This document shows, piece by piece, positions 1 to 10,887 of a stretch of DNA of 64,000 nucleotides. The position numbers were made by a program, and so were the translations under genes. Positions within the stretch are counted from its first letter, which is position 1. Each line of letters starts with the position of its first letter. The notes beneath the pieces are model-generated. The model was not told the DNA's origin and did no database searches. It worked only from the letters and a program-made list of their open reading frames with translations. This DNA is from Candidatus Levyibacteriota bacterium. GTDB taxonomy: Bacteria; Patescibacteriota; Microgenomatia; Levybacterales; UBA12049. The DNA is taken from NCBI GenBank assembly GCA_016204465.1, contig JACQKQ010000033.1, forward strand, positions 858 to 64,857, read 5' to 3'.

Positions 1-17
1 TGACAATTTTTTTTGCG

Positions 18-227
18 TTGGGTATTATCCTCCTTTCGCAATTTTCGTATGACAAGCGGATGCAAGGAGAAATTAGTGTTGGCATCATAGTTGTCTATGT
101 ATTTTGGGCGATTGCGCACCACGTCGTCCATCACGACGTGACAGCTAAAATTGTGATAGAATACGTGCTTATGGGAAGCTTAGGTATTACACTTCTGCTT
201 TTCCTATTGCGGGGGTTTGGTTTATGA
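18..227 (+). CDS. hypothetical small membrane protein; the stop overlaps the rmlA start (ATGA)
   Basis: 69-aa ORF, hydrophobic, coupled to the downstream gene; no recognisable motif. Confidence 0.25.
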   Translation: MGIILLSQFSYDKRMQGEISVGIIVVYVFWAIAHHVVHHDVTAKIVIEYVLMGSLGITLLLFLLRGFGL

Positions 228-964
228 AGGGAGTTATTCTTGCAGGAGGTTTGGCAACACGTCTTCGTCCGTTGACGTGGGTTACCAACAAACATCTTCT
301 TCCCATTTACAACAAACCTATGATTTTTTTTCCACTTGAGGCAATGGCTAGGGCTGGGATAAAGGATGTTCTAGTTACTAGTTCTTCAGATCATGCAGAG
401 CATTTTGAGACACTTCTTAAATCTGGAGAAGACTTTGGTTTGCAGCTGTATTACGCAATCCAAAAGAATCCAAAGGGGGGAATATCAGACGCCATTTCTC
501 TTGCGCGAGATTTTGCAAATAATGAGCGGATTCTTGTTATCCTTGGCGATAACATCTTTCAGTTTGATCTTCGCGACGCAGCTAATCGTTTCGAAAAAAG
601 AGAAAAGGGAGCTATGATTTTTGGCATGAAGATGCCTACGATTTCTAGTCAGTATGGTGTTATAGAGATGGATAAAACAGGAAAAGTGCTTTCTATAGAG
701 GAAAAACCGGATCATCCAAAGTCTAATATTGTTCAAACCGGTATATATATGTACGACGAGCGAGTTTTTTCCTGCATTGATCAGCTTGCTCCATCTGTAA
801 GAGGCGAACTTGAAGTTACCGACCTTAACAACACGTATGTTGCAGAAGGAACAATGATGTGCGAGATCATCGACTGGTGGGTGGATGCGGGGACATCGTT
901 TGACGAGCTCTTACGCGCAAACAATCTTGTTGCAGAAAAAGTGCGGAAAGGAGAATTGTCGTGA
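224..964 (+). CDS. rmlA: glucose-1-phosphate thymidylyltransferase-like sugar nucleotidyltransferase
   Basis: N-terminal GGxGTRLxPLT motif (MKGVILAGGLATRLRPLT), then LLPIYNKPMIFFPLE, typical of RmlA/NTP-transferase. Confidence 0.75.
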   Translation: MKGVILAGGLATRLRPLTWVTNKHLLPIYNKPMIFFPLEAMARAGIKDVLVTSSSDHAEHFETLLKSGEDFGLQLYYAIQKNPKGGISDAISLARDFANNERILVILGDNIFQFDLRDAANRFEKREKGAMIFGMKMPTISSQYGVIEMDKTGKVLSIEEKPDHPKSNIVQTGIYMYDERVFSCIDQLAPSVRGELEVTDLNNTYVAEGTMMCEIIDWWVDAGTSFDELLRANNLVAEKVRKGELS

Positions 965-1389
965 GTCTTGGAACAATTGAAGATGCTAAGAAAGTAGAAA
1001 CATACGATCACAAGGGCAATGTAAATGGGTCATTAGCTGAACTCTTCAAAGACGGAGAAAAAACCGTAGCGTATCTTACCAGTACAAAACCTGGTATGTT
1101 TAAAGGGTATCATCTGCACCGCGTTCGTGCCGCTCGGTATGTTCCACTACAGGGAAAAATGAAAATTGTTCTTTTTAAGCCCGGCACAAAGGAAAAAGAA
1201 GAATATGTGCTTGATGCGCAAAAGCCCCAACGTCTTTTTATTCCAAAAGACATCGCAACAGGGCTTTTGAATATTGGTGATGAGGAAGCTTTCCTCATAA
1301 ATTATCCTGATCCGCCGTATGATCCAAGCCTAAAAGATGAGCAAGTAGAATATACAGAAGAAGAGCTCTTGCAGGGTATTGTGAAATGA
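961..1389 (+). CDS. cupin-fold sugar epimerase/isomerase (dTDP-4-dehydrorhamnose 3,5-epimerase / WxcM-like)
   Basis: 142-aa ORF with a GTG start overlapping the rmlA stop (GTGA). It sits inside the dTDP-sugar cluster and has the short beta-rich cupin-like composition. Confidence 0.45.
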   Translation: MSLGTIEDAKKVETYDHKGNVNGSLAELFKDGEKTVAYLTSTKPGMFKGYHLHRVRAARYVPLQGKMKIVLFKPGTKEKEEYVLDAQKPQRLFIPKDIATGLLNIGDEEAFLINYPDPPYDPSLKDEQVEYTEEELLQGIVK

Positions 1390-1928
1390 GCAAAAGACAA
1401 ATTCTGTCGCATAAAAAGGTATTCGCATCAGAACTTTTTTACGTAGAAGAAACAAAATTTACTCTGCCAAATGGAAAAACTAAAACACACCAAAATGCAA
1501 TCCGCCGTCCAACCGTTTCTGTTTTTCCAATCACAGACCAATATGAAATATATCTTATTACACAATATAGGTACTTACTAGAAAAAGAAGCGCTTGAAGC
1601 AATGGCGGGTTTTATTAACAAAAAAGAAACATCGCTTTCGGCTGCAAAGCGGGAATTACAGGAAGAAATGGGAATAAGTGCATCGCATTGGGAAGAAATT
1701 GCACGAATAGAAATGACAGCGAGCGTTTTTCGAGCGCAATCGCACCTGTTTCTTGCGAAAGATTTAGAATTTGGCAAAACGAATTTTGACGACGATGAAC
1801 ATATCACAATTCTAAAAATGCCCATCGAAGAAGCAGCAAAAAAAGTTGCAAGAGGCGAAATTAATCATGCACCAAGTATGATTGGTATACTTCTTTTAGA
1901 CAGATTGCGGAGAGAAAATAAATTATGA
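1386..1928 (+). CDS. NUDIX hydrolase
   Basis: Nudix box GFINKKETSLSAAKRELQEEMGI (Gx5Ex7REUxEExGU). Confidence 0.8.
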   Translation: MSKRQILSHKKVFASELFYVEETKFTLPNGKTKTHQNAIRRPTVSVFPITDQYEIYLITQYRYLLEKEALEAMAGFINKKETSLSAAKRELQEEMGISASHWEEIARIEMTASVFRAQSHLFLAKDLEFGKTNFDDDEHITILKMPIEEAAKKVARGEINHAPSMIGILLLDRLRRENKL

Positions 1929-1968
1929 CCAATTCGACTTTCAGGGTCATAGTGCGTAAAATTTAACT

Positions 1969-2949
1969 ATGAAGTTACTTATTACCGGCGGGGCGGGGTT
2001 TATTGGATCAAATTTTATCCACTATTGGCTGCGAGAGCATCCGCAAGACCAGATTGTGAACTTTGATAAGCTCACTTATGCCGGCAATCTTGAGAATCTA
2101 AAGGATATAGAACAAACCCCCAACTATTCATTTGTAAAGGCCGATATTTGCGACGCACAAGCAGTTGCAAACGCAATGGAAGGCGTTGATACGGTTGTCC
2201 ATTTTGCTGCCGAAAGCCACGTTGACCGATCAATCCTTGATCCCTCGCCATTTGTTATGACCAATGTCGTTGGAACACAAGTATTGTTGGACGCAGCAAT
2301 TAAACACAAAATAAAACGATTTCATCACATCTCAACAGACGAAGTATTTGGTTCCCTCACTCTTGAAGATGAGAAAAAATTTAACGAACAGACACCATAT
2401 ACACCGCGAAGTCCGTATGCGGCAAGTAAAGCAGCAGCAGATCACTTAGTTGCCTCATACGCAATTACTTACCAGTTGCCCATTACGACAACAAACTGCG
2501 CGGATAATTTTGGCCCGTACCAATTCCCGGAAAAGCTTATTGCTCTTGCAATCACAAATATTTTAGAAGGAAAAAAAGTCCCGATCTATGGAGATGGTTT
2601 GTATGTGCGTGATTGGCTTTATGTCGAAGATCATTGTGGTGCAATCGAAGCAGTACTGCAGAGAGGTAAGGTTGGGGAAACGTATTGTGTCGGTTCACAG
2701 ACAGAAGAAATTAATAACCTTACACTGATCAAAAAATTGCTCGCACTTCTTGGAAAAGATGAAAGTATGATCGAATTTGTGAAAGATCGTCCAGGCCACG
2801 ACCGCCGCTACGCAATTGATTGGTCAAAGATAAAAAAAGAACTTAACTGGCAGCCCAAATATAGATTAGATGATGCACTTTCTAAGACAGTGGAATGGTA
2901 CAAAAATAATACATCTTGGTGGAAAAAGCTCAAATATGGAAAACTATGA
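1969..2949 (+). CDS. rmlB: dTDP-glucose 4,6-dehydratase
   Basis: MKLLITGGAGFIGSNF Rossmann motif, YxxxK SDR catalytic region, ~326 aa as in RmlB. Confidence 0.85.
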   Translation: MKLLITGGAGFIGSNFIHYWLREHPQDQIVNFDKLTYAGNLENLKDIEQTPNYSFVKADICDAQAVANAMEGVDTVVHFAAESHVDRSILDPSPFVMTNVVGTQVLLDAAIKHKIKRFHHISTDEVFGSLTLEDEKKFNEQTPYTPRSPYAASKAAADHLVASYAITYQLPITTTNCADNFGPYQFPEKLIALAITNILEGKKVPIYGDGLYVRDWLYVEDHCGAIEAVLQRGKVGETYCVGSQTEEINNLTLIKKLLALLGKDESMIEFVKDRPGHDRRYAIDWSKIKKELNWQPKYRLDDALSKTVEWYKNNTSWWKKLKYGKL

Positions 2950-3827
2950 AAATTTTGGGAGTTGGGCTTTCAGGGCTTGTTGGGTCGCGCATTGTTGAGC
3001 TTTTGCAAAACAAGCATTCATTTGAAGATATCAGCTACGACACCGGTGTTGATATTATCGATAAACAAGCAGTTACAAAAGCAGTGCAAGCCTCAAGCGC
3101 ACAAATTATTTTTCACCTTGCCGCCAAAGCAAACGTTGATGCATGCGAAGAAGACAAGTCAAAGGGGAAAATGGGTGATGCGTGGAGAATCAATGTGGAA
3201 GGGACAAGAAACGTCGTTGATGCGGCAGTTACGACAGGGAAACGAATAATCTACATTTCAACGGATTTTGTTTTTGACGGTGAGGAAACGCTGCAGAATG
3301 GCTATAGAGAAGATGCGGTTCCAAATCCCCTTAACTGGTATGCAGTAACAAAATATGAAGGTGAGAAAATAGTTGCAGCGGCAAGTGTCCCCTGGGCGGT
3401 GTTGCGGATTGCCTATCCGTACCGATCTTTCTTTCCCCGCAATGATTTTGTCCGCGCGATACTTACTCGACTACAAAAAGGAGAGGTGGTGCATGCGGTA
3501 GAAGATCATGTCATGTCACCGACGTTTATAGACGATTTGGCAAGTGCAATCAATATGCTCATAGAACGCAAAGCAACAGGAATATACCATGTTGTAGGCA
3601 GTCAATTCGTGACACCGTATCAAGCAGCACTTGCCATTGCCGAAACGTTTAGTCTGCCCAAATCACTTATTGCCAAAACTACGCGAGATAATTACTTTGC
3701 CGGCCGCGCGAAGCGACCCTTTCGTTTGGCACTGAATAATGATAAAATAGAACAACTAGGCGTTAGGATGAGAACATTTGAAGAAGGCTTGCTGGAAGTA
3801 AGATCACAGATTAATAATTCAAAATAA
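2946..3827 (+). CDS. rmlD: dTDP-4-dehydrorhamnose reductase
   Basis: Start taken at the ATG at 2946 (MKILGVGLSGLVGSRI), which overlaps the rmlB stop; RmlD-like SDR fold and length. Confidence 0.7.
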   Translation: MKILGVGLSGLVGSRIVELLQNKHSFEDISYDTGVDIIDKQAVTKAVQASSAQIIFHLAAKANVDACEEDKSKGKMGDAWRINVEGTRNVVDAAVTTGKRIIYISTDFVFDGEETLQNGYREDAVPNPLNWYAVTKYEGEKIVAAASVPWAVLRIAYPYRSFFPRNDFVRAILTRLQKGEVVHAVEDHVMSPTFIDDLASAINMLIERKATGIYHVVGSQFVTPYQAALAIAETFSLPKSLIAKTTRDNYFAGRAKRPFRLALNNDKIEQLGVRMRTFEEGLLEVRSQINNSK

Positions 3828-3900
3828 TTATTGCTTCATTGTTCTATTGTTTCACCGCGTCAGACGCGGTTTCATTGTTACAATCTAACAATTAGCTTTT

Positions 3901-5193
3901 ATGATAATAACGTTCGTTGGACATGGGTATGTGGGTTTGGTAACAGCGGCGGTTTTTGCCGATTTAGGCAACACAGTGTGGGTTATCGGCCACACGCCGG
4001 AGAAAATAGAAAATCTAGAAAAAGGAATTATTCCAATTTTCGAGCCGGGACTTGAAGAGCTGGTCAAGCGAAATGTTAAAGCATCTCGGCTCTTGTTCAC
4101 TCTTTCGTACGAAGAGGCGATTCGAGCATCAAAAGTCGTTTTTATCGCTGTTGGCACTCCGCCAAAACAAAATGGCGAAGCAGACCTTTCGGTTGTTTTT
4201 GAAGTTGCGGAAAAGATCGGAAAACACCTCGATGGCTATACGGTCGTGGTAACAAAAAGCACCGTTCCTGTTGGTACCAATAAAGAAGTGCAAAAAATTA
4301 TTCAGCGTGTTAAGAGCGAGAAGGCAACGTTTGACATTGGCTCTGCTCCCGAATTCTTACGCGAAGGACAAGCGATTAGCGATACTTTACATCCAGATAG
4401 AGTTGTTATCGGCACCGAAACAAAAGCTGCGCGCGACATGCTTGTTGAGCTTCATAAACCAATTGACGGCAGATTCGTTCTAACAAACATCGAAACTGCA
4501 GAGATGATAAAATACGCAGCAAATGCATTCCTTGCGACAAAAATTTCTTTTGCTAATGCAATTGCGCATCTCTGCGAATTAACCGGCGCTGATGGGTTAA
4601 AAGTTTTGGCAGGGATGGGGCTAGATAAGCGGATCGGGAGTCCGTTTCTTTCTCCGGGAGCAGGCTACGGCGGTAGCTGTTTTCCAAAAGACGTGAAAGC
4701 GCTTATTGCTATTGCAAAAAAATACAATTACGATTTTAGGCTACTTGGCGAGGTAGAAGCAATTAATAAATTTGCCATTCTCAATATTGTCAAAAAGGCA
4801 GAAGTGCTCCTTGGGGGAAGTATAAAAAGCAAAACAGTATGCGTGCTCGGTTTGGCATTTAAGCCGGATACCGATGACATGCGTGACGCACCGTCGATTA
4901 CCATAATTTCCGCATTGCAAAAAGGAGGGGCAAAAATTCAAGCATACGACCCAATTGCTATGAGCAATGCCAAAAAAATTCTCCGTGGCGTTACGTACTA
5001 CAACAATTCGTATGAAGCGGCAAAGGGCGCTGATATTGTGGTTGTGGTTACCGAATGGAACGAGTTTCGCCAGCTTGATTTACAGAAGGTAAAACAGCTT
5101 ATGAAATCACCGAATCTGCTTGACGCAAGAAATATCTACGAGCCCCAAAAGGCGCGTAGTATTGGGTTTTCCTATCAAGGGGTGGGGCGATAA
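3901..5193 (+). CDS. ugd: UDP-glucose 6-dehydrogenase
   Basis: MIITFVGHGYVGLVTAAVFADLGNTV N-terminal NAD-binding motif, GGSCFPKD catalytic Cys motif, 430 aa. Confidence 0.9.
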   Translation: MIITFVGHGYVGLVTAAVFADLGNTVWVIGHTPEKIENLEKGIIPIFEPGLEELVKRNVKASRLLFTLSYEEAIRASKVVFIAVGTPPKQNGEADLSVVFEVAEKIGKHLDGYTVVVTKSTVPVGTNKEVQKIIQRVKSEKATFDIGSAPEFLREGQAISDTLHPDRVVIGTETKAARDMLVELHKPIDGRFVLTNIETAEMIKYAANAFLATKISFANAIAHLCELTGADGLKVLAGMGLDKRIGSPFLSPGAGYGGSCFPKDVKALIAIAKKYNYDFRLLGEVEAINKFAILNIVKKAEVLLGGSIKSKTVCVLGLAFKPDTDDMRDAPSITIISALQKGGAKIQAYDPIAMSNAKKILRGVTYYNNSYEAAKGADIVVVVTEWNEFRQLDLQKVKQLMKSPNLLDARNIYEPQKARSIGFSYQGVGR

Positions 5194-5203
5194 CTTCTTT
5201 TTA

Positions 5204-6163
5204 ATGAAGCGAGTATTAATAACAGGGATATCTGGTTTTGCAGGGAGTCACCTTGCCGAATATCTTACGGCAAAAACGAACTACCACATCGGTGGAACGT
5301 ATTTATCCGAATCTTCTCTCCAAAATATTGCTTTAATACGAGAAAAAGTTACCCTATGGCAACTTGATCTCACTAACGCCGACCAAATAGCAAACGTTGT
5401 GCAAGAATTCAAGCCTGACTACATTTTTCACTTGGCAGCAATATCAAATTCTAAAGAAAGCTTTGACAAACCTGCTGAAACAATTACAAACAATATAGTT
5501 TCGCAAATAAACCTACTCGAGGCAATTCGTAAGTCTTTTTTACAAACATCACGGACGCTTGTTATTTCTTCTGCAGATATTTATGGCAAAGTAGCCAAAG
5601 ATGACCTACCAATTGATGAAGACACGCCTCTTATGCCCATTAACCCATACGGAGTTTCAAAAATTGCCCAAGATTTTTTAGGTCTACAGTACGCATTAGC
5701 ATATAAATTAGCAGTTATCCGTGCTCGGCCTTTTAATCACATTGGTCCTAGGCAGTCGCAAGGATTCGTTATTGCTGATTTTGCAAAAAGAATCGCTGAA
5801 ATAGAAAAGGGGAAACGCGCACCAATTATGAAGGTAGGCAACCTTAAGAGCAGGCGTGATTTTACAGATGTGAGGGATATGGTTGCTGCATATCATCTGC
5901 TTTTAGAAAAAGGAACTGATGCAGATGCGTACAACATTGGGTTTGGCAGATCAATTACTATCGGTGACGTGCTTACAAAGATGATCAACTTCGCAAAAAC
6001 AAAACAGATACAGATTGAAACAGACGAAAGTAAGCTTCGGATCGAAGACACACCCGATCGAGTCTGCGACAACAAGAAAATATGCGGCCTTGGGTGGAGA
6101 CCTACGATTCCAATCGAAAAGTCATTGCAAGACACACTAGATTATTGGAGAAATATTGTTTAA
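5204..6163 (+). CDS. NAD-dependent epimerase/dehydratase, GDP-6-deoxy-D-mannose reductase (Rmd)-like
   Basis: Probable start is the ATG at 5204 (MKRVLITGISGFAGSHL); SDR Rossmann motif; immediately upstream of gmd. Confidence 0.6.
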   Translation: MKRVLITGISGFAGSHLAEYLTAKTNYHIGGTYLSESSLQNIALIREKVTLWQLDLTNADQIANVVQEFKPDYIFHLAAISNSKESFDKPAETITNNIVSQINLLEAIRKSFLQTSRTLVISSADIYGKVAKDDLPIDEDTPLMPINPYGVSKIAQDFLGLQYALAYKLAVIRARPFNHIGPRQSQGFVIADFAKRIAEIEKGKRAPIMKVGNLKSRRDFTDVRDMVAAYHLLLEKGTDADAYNIGFGRSITIGDVLTKMINFAKTKQIQIETDESKLRIEDTPDRVCDNKKICGLGWRPTIPIEKSLQDTLDYWRNIV

Positions 6164-6172
6164 AATAGATAA

Positions 6173-7150
<978 letters not shown>

Positions 7151-7155
7151 CGTGT

Positions 7156-8118
7156 ATGCACAAAGTACTAGTAGCCGGCGGAGCAGGGTTTATTGGCGCA
7201 AACCTCTGCGAACGACTCCTCCAGGAAAATTGCATTGTTTATTGCATTGATAATCTTATCACAGGCGATAGGGCAAACGTTGATCTTTTAAAATCATATA
7301 AAGAGTTTAGCTTCATAGAGCATGATATCACTAGGCCTTTCTCGCTTGCTGATTTTCATATAGAATCTGTTGATGCGATTTACCACCTTGCATCACCTGC
7401 TTCTCCAAATAAAAATAGTCAGTACAGTTATATGAATTATCCAATAGAAACGCTTCTTGTTAATTCGTTTGGGAGCCACGTTTTGCTAACAATTGCCAAA
7501 GAGCATCATGCTGCATTTCTTTATGCCTCTTCTTCTGAAGTGTACGGCGATCCAACAGTATCGCCACAAAAAGAGGATTACACGGGCAATGTTAGTTCTG
7601 TTAGCGTACGGTCGGTGTACGACGAGGGAAAGCGTTTCGGTGAGGCAATAACAATGGCATACGTTCGAAAACATAATGTTGATGCTAGGATTGTGCGTAT
7701 TTTTAATACATATGGCCCAAGGATGCGATCGGACGACGGAAGGGTTATCTCTAATTTAATAAGTCAAGCATTGCAGGGAAAACCGCTTACCATCTTTGGA
7801 TCAGGAAAGCAGACGAGGAGTTTCTGTTATGTTTCAGATCTTGTCGGAGGGTTGGTGCTTGCTTTGGAAAAAGATATGACCAAAGGCTCTGTGGTAAACG
7901 TTGGTAATCCAGATGAACGAACGATTGGAGAACTTGCTATACTAATTAAAAATATGACAAAATCGAAGTCAGATATTGTGTACGAAGCGCTGCCAGAAGA
8001 CGATCCTAAGACTCGAAAACCTGATATTGCAAAAGCAAAAAAGCTGCTTGACTGGGAACCAAGTATTACATTGGAAGAAGGATTACAAAAAACGATAGAG
8101 TATTTTAAAAATAGATGA
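7156..8118 (+). CDS. uxs: UDP-glucuronate decarboxylase (UDP-xylose synthase)
   Basis: MHKVLVAGGAGFIGANLCERLL...DNLITGDRANV is characteristic of UXS/ArnA-type decarboxylases; pairs with ugd upstream. Confidence 0.8.
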   Translation: MHKVLVAGGAGFIGANLCERLLQENCIVYCIDNLITGDRANVDLLKSYKEFSFIEHDITRPFSLADFHIESVDAIYHLASPASPNKNSQYSYMNYPIETLLVNSFGSHVLLTIAKEHHAAFLYASSSEVYGDPTVSPQKEDYTGNVSSVSVRSVYDEGKRFGEAITMAYVRKHNVDARIVRIFNTYGPRMRSDDGRVISNLISQALQGKPLTIFGSGKQTRSFCYVSDLVGGLVLALEKDMTKGSVVNVGNPDERTIGELAILIKNMTKSKSDIVYEALPEDDPKTRKPDIAKAKKLLDWEPSITLEEGLQKTIEYFKNR

Positions 8119-9266
8119 AAGTAGTTGTTATTATTCCGACATACAACGAAAAAGGGAATATTGATCGTCTTATTCAAATTCTTGAAGAAGAAATTTTTTC
8201 CTCAATTAAAAATCATGAAATGTACATTTTAGTTGCTGATGATAATTCTCCTGATGGAACTGCAGAGGTGGTAAAGAAATTAATGGAAAAATATAAAAAT
8301 ATTGAGCTCAATAGCGGAGAAAAGAAGGGTTTAGGGGCAGCATATGTGAGAGCGATGACTTATGCAATCGAAACGATGCAAGCCGATGTTATGTTTGAAT
8401 TTGATGCAGATCTCTCGCATGACCCGAAAAAAATTCCTGCATTTCTGCAAAAGATTGACGAAGGATACGATATGGTCATTGGTAATCGTTACAGCGATGG
8501 TGGTTCAATCCCACAGAATTGGCCACCTGCGCGAAAAGCATTTTCTATTGTGGCAAACCTTTTTGTCAGAATTGTTTTCTTGCGGCTTACCATTCATGAT
8601 TGGACTGGTGGATTTCGTGCATTAAAAAAAGAAGTATTTCTCAAAGAAAAAAACGAACTCGAAAAATATAATGGATATATCTTCCAAATATCTTTCTTGC
8701 ATAAAGTAGTCCGTGATGGTTTTAGAATTGGTGAAGTGCCTTTTTCTTTTACAGATAGAACTCTTGGGAGATCTAAAATTGCACCGGCCGGATATATTTT
8801 CGATGTATTAAAATTTGTTATCGTAACACGAATCAAAGAAATTATTTTTGGTAAATTTGGAAAGTTTCTCGTTGTCGGCGGTTTTGGATTCATTATCAAT
8901 GCAATGACACTGCGGGTGCTTGTAGAATACATCGATTGGCATCCAGCGCCTGCAAATCTTGTTGGTGCAGCGTTTGCGATCTTCTCTAACTACAATTTCA
9001 ACAATATCTGGACGTTTCGTGAAAGAAGGAGCAGAACATTAGGGATGTATTTATTCAGAATGATTGAATTCTACGCAAGTTCTTCTTTTGGTGTTGTTGT
9101 TATACAAACAGGAACGATTTTTCTTGGTACGGCACTTCTTGGAAAGGAATTTTATTTTATTTACTTTTTAATTGGAACATCATTTTTACTTCTTTGGAAT
9201 TTCACAATGTATAACAGAGTTATTTGGCGCAAAAAATCAGCATCGCAGGTGCAATATTGCTATTAA
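8115..9266 (+). CDS. family-2 glycosyltransferase (dolichyl-phosphate mannose synthase / ArnC-like) with C-terminal GtrA-like membrane domain
   Basis: MKVVVIIPTYNEKGNI GT2 N-terminus, DAD motif (EFDADLSHDP), hydrophobic C-terminal segment. Confidence 0.8.
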   Translation: MKVVVIIPTYNEKGNIDRLIQILEEEIFSSIKNHEMYILVADDNSPDGTAEVVKKLMEKYKNIELNSGEKKGLGAAYVRAMTYAIETMQADVMFEFDADLSHDPKKIPAFLQKIDEGYDMVIGNRYSDGGSIPQNWPPARKAFSIVANLFVRIVFLRLTIHDWTGGFRALKKEVFLKEKNELEKYNGYIFQISFLHKVVRDGFRIGEVPFSFTDRTLGRSKIAPAGYIFDVLKFVIVTRIKEIIFGKFGKFLVVGGFGFIINAMTLRVLVEYIDWHPAPANLVGAAFAIFSNYNFNNIWTFRERRSRTLGMYLFRMIEFYASSSFGVVVIQTGTIFLGTALLGKEFYFIYFLIGTSFLLLWNFTMYNRVIWRKKSASQVQYCY

Positions 9267-10785
9267 ATACCAACGATTCATTATAATTGTCATCTTGCTT
9301 GTGGCGTCATTTATTCGTCTGTATAGAATAGACGAATATATGACATTTTTAGGTGACGAGGGAAGAGACGCAATTATAGTATACGATATATTACATGGAG
9401 ACTTTACCCTTTTAGGGCCTCGGTCATCGGCAGCAGACTTCTATTATGGACCAATTTACTTTTATTTCATTGCGCCATTTTTATGGCTTTTTAATTTTAA
9501 CCCAGTTGGGCCTTCAGTTATGGTAGCAATGCTCGGAATTGCAACGGTATTTTTGGTATATAAAATAGGAAAAGAGTTTTTTGGCACAGGGGCAGCACTC
9601 GTTGCTGCTTCTTTATATACAATATCGCCGTTGGTAGTTGCATATGCTCGTTCTTCCTGGAATCCAAATCCATTACCATTTTTTTCGCTTCTTATTATAT
9701 ATCTTGTGTATAAAGCAGTTGTGCATTCATCATGGCAATTATTCTTAGCTGTTGGTTTTTTTCTTGGTATTGCTTTCCAATTACAATATATCTCGATGTT
9801 CTTAGCAATTATCGTTTGTGTATACATAGCCTTAGGGATATATGTTAAAGAAAAGAATATATCTTTGCTAAAAATTAGCCGCTGGTACCTCACTGTACTT
9901 ACCGGTTTCCTAATTGGCTTTTCTCCATTTTTAGGTTTTGAAGTGCTTCATGGATTTCCAAATACGCAGACAATAATAAACTTTTTACTCGGCAGGATTC
10001 CGGATAATAGAGTGATTGTAAATTTTTCACCTATAAACCAGGTGACAGATGCGGCGTTTCGACTTTTTGCAAGATTAGTGTGGTACTTTCCTCCGCTAGA
10101 ACAACTTGAAAGAGTTAACGGTCTTGTGTTGAAACTCTGGCAAATAGGTGTTGTTGGCATTATGGTTATTTCAACCTATACTCTGATTAAAATAAAAAAT
10201 AAGCTGCAGCTTTTTCTTCTCGCGCTGTGGCTTTTTCTTGGTATAGGCCTTTTTGGTTTCTATAGAAAGGTAATATACGATTACTACTTTGGATTCATGT
10301 TTCCGCTACCGTTCTTACTAGTTGGCAATGCGTTATCCTCTCTATGGCGTTACCATAGAATATTGCGCTTTTTTGTCGCAGGTTTGTTTTTCTTCCTTAT
10401 TATTATTAACCTGCAGGGTATTCCATTCCGATCATCACCAAATCGTCAACTTGAACAAGTAAAGCGAATATCGGAGTTTGTTTTGAAAAAGACCGAAAAT
10501 AAACAATATAATTTTGCGCTGATAACCAACGGGAATTCAGATCATGCATATCGGTATTTTTTTAAACTTGACGGCAAAGACCCTATTACCATTGAAACAA
10601 AGGAAAAGGATCCGCAGCGAAAAACTGTTACCAATCAGTTACTTATCATCTGTGAATATCCTTCCTGCGAGCCACTCGGGCATCCTATCTGGGAAATAGC
10701 CGGGTTTGGGCGGGCAGAAATAGCAGCGCAATGGGATGTTTCTGTTGTAAAGGTGTATAAGCTTATTCACTATAGCGATGATTAA
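9256..10785 (+). CDS. GT-C family membrane glycosyltransferase (ArnT / GT39 / GT83-like)
   Basis: Polytopic membrane protein with an early DE-containing loop (YMTFLGDEGRD) typical of GT-C lipid-linked sugar transferases. The start is uncertain: the six-frame ORF begins at 9172 and overlaps the upstream gene. Confidence 0.55.
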   Translation: MAIKYQRFIIIVILLVASFIRLYRIDEYMTFLGDEGRDAIIVYDILHGDFTLLGPRSSAADFYYGPIYFYFIAPFLWLFNFNPVGPSVMVAMLGIATVFLVYKIGKEFFGTGAALVAASLYTISPLVVAYARSSWNPNPLPFFSLLIIYLVYKAVVHSSWQLFLAVGFFLGIAFQLQYISMFLAIIVCVYIALGIYVKEKNISLLKISRWYLTVLTGFLIGFSPFLGFEVLHGFPNTQTIINFLLGRIPDNRVIVNFSPINQVTDAAFRLFARLVWYFPPLEQLERVNGLVLKLWQIGVVGIMVISTYTLIKIKNKLQLFLLALWLFLGIGLFGFYRKVIYDYYFGFMFPLPFLLVGNALSSLWRYHRILRFFVAGLFFFLIIINLQGIPFRSSPNRQLEQVKRISEFVLKKTENKQYNFALITNGNSDHAYRYFFKLDGKDPITIETKEKDPQRKTVTNQLLIICEYPSCEPLGHPIWEIAGFGRAEIAAQWDVSVVKVYKLIHYSDD

Positions 10786-10830
10786 TAAATTATTTTTTCT
10801 TGGGGGTTGTACTTCATTGAGAGAACCCAG

Positions 10831-10875
10831 TTGACATAGAGAAGACAATACAGTAAACTAGTACTAAATTAGTAT
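10831..10875 (+). promoter_or_regulatory. candidate promoter (TTGACA-17 nt-TAAACT) with a palindrome TACTAAaTTAGTA immediately downstream, upstream of the Rrf2 regulator and suf operon
   Basis: Read from the sequence; palindrome at 10863-10875. Confidence 0.35.
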
Positions 10876-10887
10876 TAGTTAATCTCT

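Noticed and set aside
485-736. Antisense ORF inside rmlA; similar shadow ORFs lie at 1439-1825, 2124-2309, 12007-12232, 24440-24910, 40894-42582 (the + strand ORFs inside the PBP1A gene) and 59223-59962
   Set aside because: They overlap well-supported genes on the opposite strand, lack motifs and have a low-complexity composition. They are typical shadow ORFs.
3831-4157. Small ORFs overlapping the ugd 5' region on both strands
   Set aside because: They overlap the strongly supported ugd start region and have an Arg-rich, non-protein-like composition.
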